Shown here in pieces: positions 12,126 through 24,689 of a stretch of DNA of 64,000 nt; position 1 is the stretch's first letter, and each line of letters starts with the position of its first letter. This DNA comes from Diplonema japonicum. Its lineage: Eukaryota > Protista > Euglenozoa: Diplonemea. The notes under the pieces are model-generated. The model was not told where the DNA came from and searched no databases. It worked only from the letters and a program-made list of their open reading frames with translations. A program made the position numbers and the translations under genes. The DNA is taken from positions 310,001 through 374,000 of the forward strand of contig OZ025693.1 in NCBI GenBank assembly GCA_964019335.1, in the 5' to 3' direction.

Positions 12126-12909
12126 CTTTTTTTTTTCGCCCCCCCTGGCCTCCCTCCTGTTAAAAGAAAAAGATTGTCTGAAAGAAGGAGGGGGAAAAAA
12201 AAAGAACTGACAAAATGTAAAAGTATCCTTTTAAAAGAAAAAAAAGGGAGGGGAGAGATGAAAAGGGGGGGGGGGGGGGGGAGGGTTTGTACCCATGTAC
12301 ACCATTTTTTTTGTTGTCCATGAATAATTTTTTTTTTAAAAGAACAGAATAATAAATAACAAGAGACCTTTGAGAATAAGAGAGGTTTTTTTTTTTCTTT
12401 TTTTTTTTTTTTTTTATCCTTCAAACAAAGCGCGTTACAATGCCATCAACAACGCCATTTCTTTCTTAAAAGTCAAAAAACCATTGGGCAACATGGAGTG
12501 AATAAAAAAAAGGGGCTGAATTGCCTCTTGCCTGTGCCGAAAAGGAAAATGTTGGGTCAGAACGGGTGTTTCCCGCGTGCGAGGGCAAAAAGGAATGGAT
12601 CTCTTTACGTTTTTCCTACTGTTCACCTTACAAAAAAAAAAAAAAAAAAAAAAAAAACCTTCAATAACAGTTATTATAACTTATTTCGAGTGTTATTTTC
12701 GGGAATAAAAAAAAATAATGGTGTTTTGACAATGCTGCAACGCGCTGCGTATGGTTCCTTTTTTTCTTTCTTTTTTTTTTCTTCTTTCTTTTTCAAAAAA
12801 AAGGGAGGGCAGTACACATACACACGGGAAAAAAAAAGGAGAGGGGGAAATGCAAGGTATATCTTTGTTTTGTCGGCACGAATGTGGTACTACGAATGTG
12901 GTACTCATT

Positions 12910-12945
<36 letters not shown>

Positions 12946-13141
12946 TCTTCTTCTTCTTATATACTTAATGTGTTGGATATCGTGACGCGTACACTGCCCC
13001 TTCCAGCATTCTTTTTTTCTTTTTCCTTCTTTTTTTTTTCTCAATTCTCAAAAAATTTCTCTCATAAAAAATCGATCTTTCAACAGGGGGGTAGGGGGGG
13101 GGGGGCGAATAAATAAGGATATAATATATGGTCAACGATAC

Positions 13142-13175
<34 letters not shown>

Positions 13176-13620
13176 CTTTTTCTTGTCGCGAACTCGCAAC
13201 ACACGAAAAACAATAATGTACTAGTTGCCGTTCTTCCAGAAGGAGAATGGATGGGTGTTTTTGTTTTGAGAAGGCGAAAAAAAAGAAGGAAAAAAAAAAA
13301 AAAAAACGGCTCAAAAACTGTGATTCACCGAATACGACCGCTTTAATGGTTACTTTCGTCAAGTTTACACATTCTAGGGCACTTGTATGGTTATTTTCTC
13401 TTTCTTTTTTTTGAAAACCGGAGTTTAATTCCGTATATTTGACCATATAAAATTAAAAAAAGAAAAGAGGGGGGGGAAAGAAGAAGAAAAAGAAAAAAGG
13501 GCGAAAGAAAAAAGAAAGAAAAATATAAGTAGATTGGAGAATTCCAAAGCTCATTGACAGGCTGTTTTTTTTTTTTTTTTTTTTTTTTTTTCGTTCTTTC
13601 TTTTTTTTTTCTTTCCCCCC

Positions 13621-13657
<37 letters not shown>

Positions 13658-13737
13658 CTCCTTTCCCCCCCTCAAATAAAACGTTTTGAATATTCTTTTT
13701 TTTTCCCTTCATCTTTTTTCACATTTTTTTTTCCCCC

Positions 13738-15064
13738 TCACGCATCCTTCTTGAAGAGGTCAACATTAGAAGGATCAGAATGGAACGAGGAAAGCGGTGG
13801 GAGAATCGACGAGCGTACGAACACCTGGCGGAGAGTCCACAGTGTGGTGAACACGCGGTATTCCCTAGTCCTCTCAAGGTACCCAACACCTGAGGACCCT
13901 CCTGTCCCTGCACGGCGGCCAATGACTCTCTCCACATTGTGTAGATGCCGGGACCTGAAGAGGAGGAGCCCTTCCTCAAGCGCGACAAGTTCATCAAGCA
14001 CTTCGCTCATCACAGCAAACTGGGGCAACTCGTTCCTGTAACTACTCACATACAGAGCAGCCTTCAGACACGCGCTTTCCTTCCTCTGCCTGGCATCGTC
14101 ACTCTTCATCTCAGGGATCGGGTTTTCGATGAGTTCCTTGATCTCCTCCATCTTCTCCTTGCCCATGGCCTTCGCCCTCTCGTCCGTGTGGTGGGCAGGC
14201 CCTTTCTGCCTCAGCACCTGGAGCTCCTCCGTGCACTCGTAGAACTTCTCCATGAAGGTGTCGGGGACCTTGACTGACATCAAGATGTCCTCCAACACCT
14301 TCTTGATTGACCCATTGGCTTCAATCTGCTTCTCGCATTCCTATGAGAGTTTTTTTTTTTTTTTTTTTTTTTTCCCAAAAAAAATACCTCTTTCTGCTCC
14401 TCCTGCAGTGCGTTGAACACATGCGACCCGTTACAGGACGCACGCTCCTTCTCGTTCACTCCAAGGAGAATCTCAATCTGCCTGAACTGGAAGGACTGGA
14501 AGCCGCTTGCAGGTACCAGGAAATCACGGAACTATATATATATTTTTTTTTGTTTGAATTCTTTTTTTTTTCTTTTCAAACCTCAAGGAAATCAGCTGGG
14601 TGCATGGTCTGAAGTACCGGGAAGGTCCCTGAGGCGTGGTGGAAGATCATGGTGGACCTGCGGAGGTAGTGTCCAACCAGGGCGAGGTCCTTCCATGCGA
14701 CCTGGCCGCCGACGGGGGACGTGGCCTCCTTGTCGACGACCTTGACAAGCATCTCCTTGGCCTTCTCGAGGTCCTTGAGGAGGACTTTGAACCAGAGCTC
14801 GATGGACTGGTGGGTGATGATGAAGAGCAGCTCCTCGTGGTGCATCATCCCTGTGCGGTCAGGCTTCATGATGGACTCGCCCTCCTGCAGCTTCAGCAAG
14901 GCCTCGGTCTGAATGTAATCGGTGTAGTTACACAAAGACCTGTCCCTCTTCAGGTTGGTCATCTCACCGTCACCTGTAATCTCTGTCTCGAACCCCAAGA
15001 TCGAGAATTTCTTTGTGTCCTCACCCTCAGGCTTCGCGCCATAACCGAATGGACAACCGGACAT
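13738..15064 (-). CDS. TDO2: Tryptophan 2,3-dioxygenase (3 exons)
   Basis: Introns 14532-14581 and 14341-14387. Spliced product contains Y.DY, HEELLFIITHQSIELWFK, FRDFLVPASGFQSFQFRQIE and RHLHNVERVIGRRAGTGGSSGVGYL. Confidence 0.93.
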
Positions 15065-16217
15065 TTTCTTTTTTTTTTTTTAAATCCTCCTCTTCCTTTT
15101 GATTTTTTCGGGGGGGGGGGAAGGGGGCAAATGGAAAAGGTTTTTTTTTTTGTTCAACAAGTTTTTTTTTTATTCATACATGATTTTCAGAACGTGGAAA
15201 AGGGCAAAACCAGTACCAAAAGAAGAAGGAAAAAAAAAAAGAAAAGAGCTGGGGAAGGGGGGGAGGAGGAGGGGGGGATCGGATTGGAAAGAAGAACGAC
15301 ATATCTGGTAAGAAAGGAGATAAAAAAGCGGAGGGGGGGATTGGGCGAGTAATAAATTTCACTATGATGGGAGAGAAGCTGTTGGCAGCTACGACCCACC
15401 AAAAAAAAGGGGGGGGGAAAGAAAAAAAAATAGGTGGTGGGGAAGTGGTTTACCTTTTAAAAAAAAAAACACACATAGAACACGAAGTCAAAAAAAAAAA
15501 AACGAGCGTGGGTTTTTTTTTTTTCTCTCCTTTTCGCGGCAAAGGTCACATCAAGAGCGAGGCACATGCAGGTTTTATACACAGCACGGCCACACAAGAC
15601 ATCCTTCACAATACAGCGAACAATGGAAAGAGGTGCTTTCCTTTCTTCTTTTTTTTGTCGTTCGTGCACCTACGCAGGATAAAAAACCTGTAGAAAGTTT
15701 GTAAACCCCCCCCAAGTTTATTGGCTTCACCCTCTTCTAAGAAAATTAGAATGGGGGGGGGGGGGGGGGATACAAAGAAAAGATAACTGAACTGTTGCAT
15801 GCACTGAATTCATGGCGGTGGTGAAACTTAAAAAAAGAAGAAGAGGGGAGGGGGAAAATGAAAAGGGGGATGGGAAGGAAAAAAAAAAAGAAAGGTATAA
15901 AGGAAGAAGGGGAGGGAAAGAAGAGTCAAAAAAAAGTAGGGGGAAAAAAACTTCGTGTGCGCAAACTAGTTACAAATGTTGGTCCCAATTTGTAACGAAG
16001 ATGTTGCCAAAAGATTTTTTTTTTTTAATAACACGTGTTTTCTTCTCCCCTCCCCCCCCCCCCACTCAGAGGGGAAACACAGAAAACCTTTTTTGTTGTT
16101 TCTCCTTCATCCTTTACCCCTCTTTTTTTTTTTTTTTTTAAAGATCACGCCATGTTTTTCAGTACACAAACCATAATACAAAAGGGGGGGGGGGGGGAGG
16201 TAAAAGTTTTCGTTTAC

Positions 16218-17883
16218 TTATTCGTCTTCCTGTCCTTGTTCTTGTTCGGTCTGTTCCCTGGCCTTCCTTCTTGCCCGCTTTGCAGCCTTCTTTGCCTCGT
16301 AGGCACTCTGCGTGCTGATGGCAACGGCCCCCGCCACCAGGCTTGCTAGCACTCTCCTGAGCCGCTTCCTCTCTGTCTTGGCCTCTGCTTCTGTCATCGC
16401 TGGTGTGTCTTCCTCGTCGACAATCTCTGTTTTGCTCTTTTTTTCCTTTTTTTCTTTTTTCTCCTTCTTTTCTTTCTTTTCCGGGTCGCATTCCTCCTTC
16501 ACCTCTTCAGGGGTTTCATCTTGCCGCTTTTCCTGTTCTCTCTCCTCCTTCTTTGTATCCTCTTTCCTCACCTCTTTCTTTGTGTCCTCCTTCCTCTCCT
16601 CCTTCTTCGGAGTCGCTCCTGTCTCCTGCTTGGCGATGGTGGCCTTGTCCCACTCCTCCGTGCCCTTGTAATGTGCTGTGAACTCCTAGTTTTTTTTTTT
16701 TTTTTAAACGTCCCCCTTTCTTTTTTTTTTTTTCCAATACCTCTTTGCTGTAGGCTGTCCCATCCGTTTTGTCGATCCTCTTCTCTCGTTCTGTGAAGGT
16801 GGGTCTCGGTCTCCTCACGGGCTCATTGGAACCCTTGCCCACTGCAGGGCGGTACTGTGGATCGAAGATGAGCCTCAGCCTTGCCAGGACCTCCCACATG
16901 GAGCAGGCACGGAAGATGTCTAACCCTGTCATGTGACGGAGTTCACCTTTCGTAACGAAGCACGCGCCGTCAGCGTTGATGATGGGCCGCATCTTCTTCG
17001 ACAGTGCGACCCACGCCTTCCTCTCGTCGTTGTCGTGGACCCACAACACGTGTTTGATCTGCGCCTGCCGCTCCGTGATCTCCTCTTTAGCCTTTTTGAA
17101 CAACGCGGAAGGGATGCAGTTCGCCTGCAGACTTTCAAGCAGCTCCGCTGGCAGGGTACGCGAAAGGCTCTTCTCATACTTCGTGGGTTCCTCCCACACA
17201 GGCGTCATATTCCGTATATGGCACACACCCAACACCCACGCTTCGAAGTCTACCATCTCCGTGCACACCAGTGACAGTGACATCTTTCCGCGTTTCGAAG
17301 GTGCGCTGAAGTCAAGGGTAAGACATTGGTATGTTTCTTGCTTGGAAATTGGGACGTTTTTGAACTCTTTGGACTTCCCAAGACGGATCTGGCGAAGGTT
17401 CGTAAGCGGGAAGCTGTCGGGGACACCGCCAGGTGCCTCGCGGCATACGGATTGCGGCTGAGCTTGAAGCCATACTTTTTCATGTGTCCGTTCTGTGTCC
17501 ATGACCACCCCAGCCTGGCAGCCGCCTTGGAGGTAGTGGATGATGTCCTGCACCAGACCGTCCTTGTCGTAGATGGTGGTGACGTACTCGTCGTCTGCCT
17601 TTCTCTGCGCTTCTTTTTTGCTTTCTATGATGGTTTTCTTCTTCTCTTCTTCCTCCCATGACATGCTGTCTCGTTTCAGTTGGTCGTCGAAGCATTGTGT
17701 GCAGACCCTCTGGGCGTGCCCGGGGCCGCCTTCCAGCACTGTTTTGCTGCCGCTGCACTTCGCACAAAACACCCCCCCGCACGACCTGCAGTGGTGCCTC
17801 CGATTTGTCAAACCAAAGGACTTCTCGCAACGCTTGCAGGCCTTGGCATCGCTGTCCGGCACCCACTTGGATCGGTCAGCCAT
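16218..17883 (-). CDS. FYVE zinc-finger protein with PH-like region and charged C-terminal tail (2 exons)
   Basis: WVPD..CKRC...RRHHCRSCGGVFC..CS...RVCTQC FYVE signature. Intron 16686-16740 joins DGTAYSKE/EFTAHYKG. Confidence 0.85.
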
Positions 17884-17999
17884 TGGCACTGCTGCCCGTA
17901 ACCTGTCTTTATGAGAATTAAATTTTGGAAAGAAAACGACAAAGACAAAATTGGGGGGGGGAATCCCTTTTTTTTTTCTTCTTCTTTATTTCCCTCCAT

Positions 18000-18908
18000 T
18001 CAAGGACGAAGGCCAAGACGGCGGTGCCGCCTGAGGATCCTCTGCCTACCGTGTTTGTGTGTATAGATCAGGAAGGCGGAGAAGAACACGAAGATAGCTG
18101 CGAACCCGGCAAGCCAAAGATACGGCTCGTTATTAGAATTCTCCAAATGAATAATGGCATTCCGACATGCTGACAGCGTGCATCGCAAAGGCCGCGGGGT
18201 CAGCCCGTATGTCCCGTCTGCCTGTTTAATAGATGCAGGCGAGTCGTGCAGGCAAATGTACCATGCTGCTAGAGGGATGCAGCCGTAGTCGTTAACCCAG
18301 CACCGCATCAGGCTCACAAGGCAGGAGATGGAGTGGCATTTGTACCCGTCGCAGCTGCTTGAGTAGTCGGAAGGGCAATCGAAGTGGCAAAAACATTTTT
18401 CCTCGTGCAGAGCGTTGATGCAGGCGTCTGTGCTCTCTCCTGTGGGGTCAGCACAGGCACCGCATCGCCAGGCGTTTGACTCTGAGAAGGAGAGGCCTTT
18501 GGTGAGGTCTTCTTCCTTGATTGCACACAATCTGCTGTAAATAACTTCAGGGCAGCCAAAAGGAGCCATTGGATCGCCTGTTGGAGTTACCATCTTTGGG
18601 ACTAAGCTGTGGATGCATGTTTTAAACGCGGCTAGGCAGCCGCAGAGGGTTTGTGTGCGTGGTTGTGCCTCGAGGCCATCGGCCTTTCCGTAGCAGATTT
18701 CATAGTTACTCTCACAGTCGGGTGTGTCCAAGGCTGACCCTGACCGATAGGCCTGTGCGGCATCAATGGACGCACCGCACCCGGGGTACCTGTCTGTCCA
18801 GTCCTCTTGTATCGTGCTTGCACCGTCTGGCCCTCCTGTAGGCAACATTTTCGCCGGTGTCAGTTCTGCAAAACTTATTATTACTGCCGCATATAATGGT
18901 GTGTGCAT
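18000..18908 (-). CDS. Cysteine-rich single-pass membrane protein
   Basis: ATG 18908, hydrophobic N-terminus, many Cys, TM segment YLWLAGFAAIFVFFSAFLIY and a basic tail. Confidence 0.65.
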   Translation of the reverse strand: MHTPLYAAVIISFAELTPAKMLPTGGPDGASTIQEDWTDRYPGCGASIDAAQAYRSGSALDTPDCESNYEICYGKADGLEAQPRTQTLCGCLAAFKTCIHSLVPKMVTPTGDPMAPFGCPEVIYSRLCAIKEEDLTKGLSFSESNAWRCGACADPTGESTDACINALHEEKCFCHFDCPSDYSSSCDGYKCHSISCLVSLMRCWVNDYGCIPLAAWYICLHDSPASIKQADGTYGLTPRPLRCTLSACRNAIIHLENSNNEPYLWLAGFAAIFVFFSAFLIYTHKHGRQRILRRHRRLGLRP

Positions 18909-19023
18909 TTTTTTTTTTGCCCTTCCCCCCCTTTTTTTTGTAAGGAAGTTTTGCAAGTATATGAAAGAAAAAAATAAAGGCTGGCTGGGGGGGGGGGGGA
19001 ATGTTTTTCTTTTTTTTGTTATT

Positions 19024-19054
<31 letters not shown>

Positions 19055-19496
19055 CCTCCTCTTTTTTATTATTTCCTTGAAAGAAAAAACTTAAAAAAGG
19101 CATGCGAAAAAAAAAAGAGAGAAAAAAATAAAAGAAAATAAAATGTGGAAAGATAAAAATAATATAAAAAAAAATGCGAAAGAGAAGAAGGAGAAAAAAG
19201 GGGGGATAAAATGTCGGGGGGGATATAAAAAAAGAAAATATTTTTTGCTTTGTCATCAAAGGTGAACGGGGTGTGTTTAATTGGTGATAAACACTTGATC
19301 CGAGTTCCTCTTTTTTCTTTTTTTTTACAATGACCGTATTTTTACCCCCCCCCTATCTTTTTTTGGTTGGTGTGACTTTCTCTCTTTTATAACCTCGGTT
19401 TTAAGGATTTGAAAAACAAGGAACAGAAAAAAAACTAAAAAGTCACACCCGTCCAAAAAAAGAAAAGAAGAAGAAAAAGGGAACGCGTCTAGAGGG

Positions 19497-19536
<40 letters not shown>

Positions 19537-19998
19537 CCCTTTTTTTTTGTTTCTTCGTACGCGCGATAAAAAAAAATAAAAAAGAAGGGAAAAAAACCAG
19601 TAAACAAGGAGAGCGAAACAGGAAGGAAGACATTAAAAAATCGAGAGAGAAAGAAAAAGAAAACAGAATATAAAAAAAAAAAGAAAACAGAATAAAAAAA
19701 ACCTTTTTTTTTGTACACTTTTTTTCTTGTCACGACACCGATGCGCTAGTTACAGGACACACATGGCACACTTTCTTTTTTTGCTTTTTTCATTCTAGTT
19801 TTTCCTTTTTTTTTTTGTTTCCTCTTTTTTTTTTTTTTTCTTTTTTTTTTCCTTTCCCCTCTTCTTTCTAACAACTTAGATCTACCTTCCCTTATCAAAT
19901 GAAAATAAAATAGTGGAGACGAATATAAAAAGCAACGTCAAGCAGCTAAGCAATTTTTATCATTTTCATTTAACGATAGCTGCCAGTTGACAAGTCTT

Positions 19999-22158
19999 CT
20001 AGCAGGTACCCTGCTGCTTCCCGGGACCCCAGTAGTCAGGGCCCTGGCCAGGGATCCACGAGGGGCACTTCTCGGCCATGTGGCTGTAGATGGGGGCCTC
20101 GTTGTAGTTGTTGAAGTTCAGGGTGTAGGGACCCACAAGCTGGCAGTTCTGGTTCTCAGGGTCGCTGGTCTGGCAGATCTCAGGCCTCCCGGAGTTCATC
20201 TTCGTCTTGTCGAAGATGTTCAGGTCGTAGTCGTCCAGGTTGGTCAGCTCACCGCAGTTCACAGTGTCGTTGCCGAACAGGCCACCAGCCTTCCACATGC
20301 TGCACACGAACACACAGCACACCATGGACCTCCCCTTCACAGGCTTCCCGTAACGGGTTGTGTCGTAGATCCACGAGTCCTGCTCCACAATGGTGGGGAT
20401 CACGTCAGACGACATGTTCAGCTGCGTCTCGGCGTACATGAACATCTCGGCGGCAGTCAGCCCGGTCGTTCCAAGCCTCTTGTTCCATGCCTCCTCGTAC
20501 AGAAGCTGGCCAACGGAGGGCACAATGTAGGCGACCTGCGGGAACAGAACCTCGAGGATGTTCCAAGTCAAGCAGGCCTCGAAGTCAGGGGGAAGGCAGG
20601 GGTAGTTGTTCTTCACAGTGTCGATCCACCCCCAGAGCATGTTGTGGTACCCGTACTGGAGACCCTCGCTCTTGTAGAAGTGGTCCCACATGGCGGTCAC
20701 GTTCAACTTGGCACGCTGGGCAGGGTCAAGAGGGGCCCACACAGCGTTGTAACCAGCCGCCTTCGCCTGCTGGATCCATATGTTGTAGGGAGTGCGCTGG
20801 ATTCCGTTCACAGGCCAGTACGAGGAGTTCGTGGTGCTCTCAGTGATCCAAAGCTCGTTGTTCGCGTCCCTCATGGCAACAGTGGTGTGCCCGGTGGTGG
20901 AGCCCATGGCCCACCCAAGCATGGGGTCAAGACCATCAAGACGGATCACACCGATGAAGTCACCAGTCTGGATGAGGTCGGGGTTCACACCAGTGATGCC
21001 GGTGTTGTTCCTGGGCTTCATGAAGGGCTTGATCTTCTGGTAGTTGGTCAGGAAGTAGATGTTCTCCTCCATCACCTTCTGGTCGGGGAAGTCAGGGTAG
21101 TGACCGGCCTCAGGCTGAAGGAAGAGCTGCACGGTGTCGAGAAGGTCGACCATGAGCTGAACCTCATCGTGGATGAAGGCGAAGAACCTGATACCCTTCT
21201 TGTTCAGGTCGTAGTCGACAGCGGTGGTGGCCCTCTGTGCCTTCCACACGATGGTGTGGCTGGGCTCCTCGTGCGAGAGCTTCATGAAGTGAGTCCCGTC
21301 AACAGTCATCAGCATGTACACATCGCCAGTGTGGAGGGCGGAGCACTCGGTGGCGGTGACAGTGATGGTGATCTCGGTGTGCTGCTCGTTCCACACAGCC
21401 TTGGCCATGTTGTTCTTGCACCCCCTGTTGGTCCATGTCATGGCGGGGCCGTTGGGAACGACGTGCGCCTTGTCAAGGGGGATGAAGCCCCAGTAGGGGT
21501 ACTTTGCCTCGCCAAGAGGGTGGAAGGGTTCGCCTTCCTTCCTCACCTGTGGTGTTGTGTTTTTGTGGTCAAAGGTGTAAAGAAAAAATGTTGTTGTGAG
21601 TGCAACAAAGGTCCCATCAGAAGAATTTACGAACAGAGGAATGAAAGGTTTGAATCAAGCAGAAAGGTCATGCAACTGGTAATCAATGTGTCATCAAGTG
21701 GATGGGGGGGGGGGGGGGGGAAGAAAGCAAAGGAAAAAATGTGAGTGAGAAACAAAAACAAAGAAAAAGGTACAAACCTTCCTGAGAGCAGAGTTGTGCC
21801 TCTCAGCAGTGGCCTTCGCCTTCTTCACGAATGAGTCGACGTTCTCGCTCTTCCCAAGGCTCTCCAGGTCCTCCGCAAGGGACACGGTGTCGATCCCAGA
21901 GGCACGGCCCATCCACGACAGGATCCTGTAGATGGAAGGGATGTCCTTCAGCTGCTCAGAGGCCCACGAGGCAACCCTCTTCACAACCTTCAAACGAAGA
22001 GTGTGGAACTCCTCCTTCCCGGTGAAGGGCTCCCCGCCCTCCTCCATCCACGAAACGAACTTCTTGTCCCAGTCCCCACCAGAGGCTTGGAACATGGGGG
22101 CCTCCAAGAGGGCAGCCGAGCTGGCCCCGATAAGGGCGAGAAGGATGAGTTGTCTCAT
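19999..22158 (-). CDS. Secreted permuted papain-like (NlpC/P60-related) protein, paralogue 2
   Basis: Exon 21778-22158, intron 21547-21777, exon 19999-21546. Motifs GDFIG, GHTTVA, YGYHNMLWGWID, EQDSW and SMVCC. Confidence 0.82.
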
Positions 22159-22540
22159 ATGTAATAGTCTGTGTGAGTGTTGGTTTCGTAGATTCAAAAT
22201 AAAAATAAAGAGCTATGAATTGGGGAAAGGCTCCACGTGGATGCCAAAAAGAAGAAAGCAAAACGCGAAGAATTCACTTTTGAAGAGACGCTTTCATTCT
22301 CTTTATGGAAGAGCCTGTAAACCCTAAAGCAGAAACACTAATAAACGAATAAGACACACGTTACACAGAGTACTTTAAAAAGCACAGTGCAGTAGGTTAA
22401 ACAAAAAAAGAAAAGAAAAAAACAAGAGAATACGGAGTGGCCCATGTCAGGAGGCCCACGGGAAAAAAACAAACAAATAAAACAAACAAAATAATAGAAA
22501 CGTTCGAGAGGGGGAAAAGGAAAGGGATATAACAACTCGC

Positions 22541-24689
22541 TTAGCAAGTACCCTGCTGCTTCCCGGGGCCCCAATAATCAGGACCCTGTCCGGGGATCCA
22601 TGTTGGGCACTTTTCGCCCATGTGGCTGTAGACAGGAGCCTCGTTGTAGTGGTTGAAGTTCAGGGTGTAGGGACCCACAAGCTGGCAGTTCTGGTTCTCG
22701 GGGTCGTTGATCTGGCAGATCTCAGGCCTCCCGGAGTTCATCTTCGTCTTGTCGAAGACGTTGAGGTCATAGACGTCTAGGTTGGAGAGTTCACCGCAGT
22801 TCACAGTGTCGTTGCCGAACAGGCCACCAGCCTTCCACATGCCGCACACGAACACACAGCACACCATGGACCTCCCCACTGCAGGCTTCCCGTAACGAGT
22901 CGTGTTGTACCTCCATGAGTCCTGCTCCACAATGGTGGGGATCACGCTCGACGACATGTTCAGCTGCGTCTCGGCATACATGTACATCTCAGTGGCCGTC
23001 AGCCCGGTCGTTCCCAACCTCTTGTTCCAAGCAGGCTGGAACAACTGTGCAACAGGCGGTGCGAGGTTGGCTCCGAGAGGGAACAGGATCTCGAGGTGCT
23101 CCCACAATAGACACGCCTCGAAGTTAGGAGGCACACAAGGGTAGTTGTTCTTCACAGTGTCGACCCACCCCCAAAGCATGTTGAAGGTTCCGTACTGGAA
23201 CCCTTCATTGGCCTTGAAGAAGTCCCACATGGCGGTCACGTTTAAGTTGGCACGCCTGGCAGGGTCAAGAGGGGCCCACACAGCGTTGTAACCAGCAGCG
23301 TTAGCCTGTTGCATCCACACGTTGAATGGGGTGCGCTGGATCCCGTTGGTCGGCCAGTACGAGGAGTTGGCGGTGCTCTCACAAATGAATAGCTCGTTGG
23401 TGTTCTCGTCCCTCATGGCAACAGTGGTGTGCCCGGTGGTGGAGCCCATGGCCCATGCAAGCATGGGGTCAAGACCATCAAGACGGATCACGCCAACGAA
23501 GTCACCAGTCTGGATGAGGTCGGGGTTCACACCAGTGATGCCCGAGTTGTTCCTGGAGGCCATAAATGGTTTCACACGTTGGTAGTTAGTCAGGAAGTAG
23601 ATGTTCTCCTCCATTGCCTTCTGGTCGGGGTAGACAGGGTACTTGCCTGCATTAGGCTGAGCGAAGAGCTGCACAGTGTCGAGAAGGTCAACCATGAGCT
23701 GAACCTCATCGTGGATGAAGGCGAAGAACCTGATACCCTTCTTGTTCAGGTCGTAGTTCACGGAGTTCGCCTCGCCTTCTGCCTTCCAGGTGATGGTGTG
23801 GTTGGGCTCTTCGTTCGAAAGCTTCATGAAGTGAAGCCCGTTCACGCTGCCCAAGAGGTACACATCGCCAGTGTGGAGGGCGGAGCACTCGGTGGCGGTG
23901 ACAGTGATGGTGATCTCGGTGTGCTGCTCGTTCCACACAGCCTTGGCCATGTTGTTCTTGCACCCCCTGTTGGTCCATGTCAAAACAGTGCCATCAGGAA
24001 TGGCGTGACCCTTGTGGACAGGGATGAAGCCATAGTAGGGGTATGGTTCTTCGCCAAGAGGGTGGAAGGGTTCGCCTTCCTTCCTCACCTGTGGTTTTGT
24101 GTTTCTTCTTCTTTTTTGTAAAAAGGAAAAGGGTGGTGCATGAAAGAAAGATCCCATCAGAAGAATTTACGAACAGAGGAATGAAAGGTTTGAATCAAGC
24201 CAGAAAGGTCATGCAACTGGTAATCAATGTGTCATCATGTGGGTGGGGGGGGAAAAGAAAGCAAAAGAAAAAATGCAAGTGAAAAAAGAAGATAAAAAAA
24301 ATACAAACCTTCCTGAGAGCAGAGTTGTGCCTCTCAGCAGTGGCCTTCGCCTTCTTCACGAATGAGTCGACGCTCTCGCTCTTCCCAAGGCTCTCCAGGT
24401 CCTCCGCAAGGGACACGGTGTCGATCCCAGAGGCACGGCCCATCCACGACAGGATCCTGTAGATGGAGGGGACATCCTTCAGCTGCTCAGAGGCCCACGA
24501 GGCAATCCTCTTTGCAACCTTTAAATGAAAAGTGTGGAACTCCTCCTTCCCGGTGAAGGGCTCCCCACCCTCCTCCATCCACGAAACGAACTTCTTGTCC
24601 CAGTCCCCACCAGAGGCTTGGAACATGGGGGCTTCCAAGAGGGCAGCCGAACTGGCCCCGATAAGGGCGAGAAGGATGAGTTGTCTCAT
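22541..24689 (-). CDS. Secreted permuted papain-like (NlpC/P60-related) protein, paralogue 3 (more diverged)
   Basis: Exon 24309-24689, intron 24089-24308, exon 22541-24088; same motifs and intron position as paralogues 1 and 2. Confidence 0.82.

Noticed and set aside
19987-21744. Long + strand ORFs (585 aa here; also 387-1577, 43516-44334, 62825-63805)
   Set aside because: Antisense mirrors of GC3-rich minus-strand genes, with no motifs of their own.
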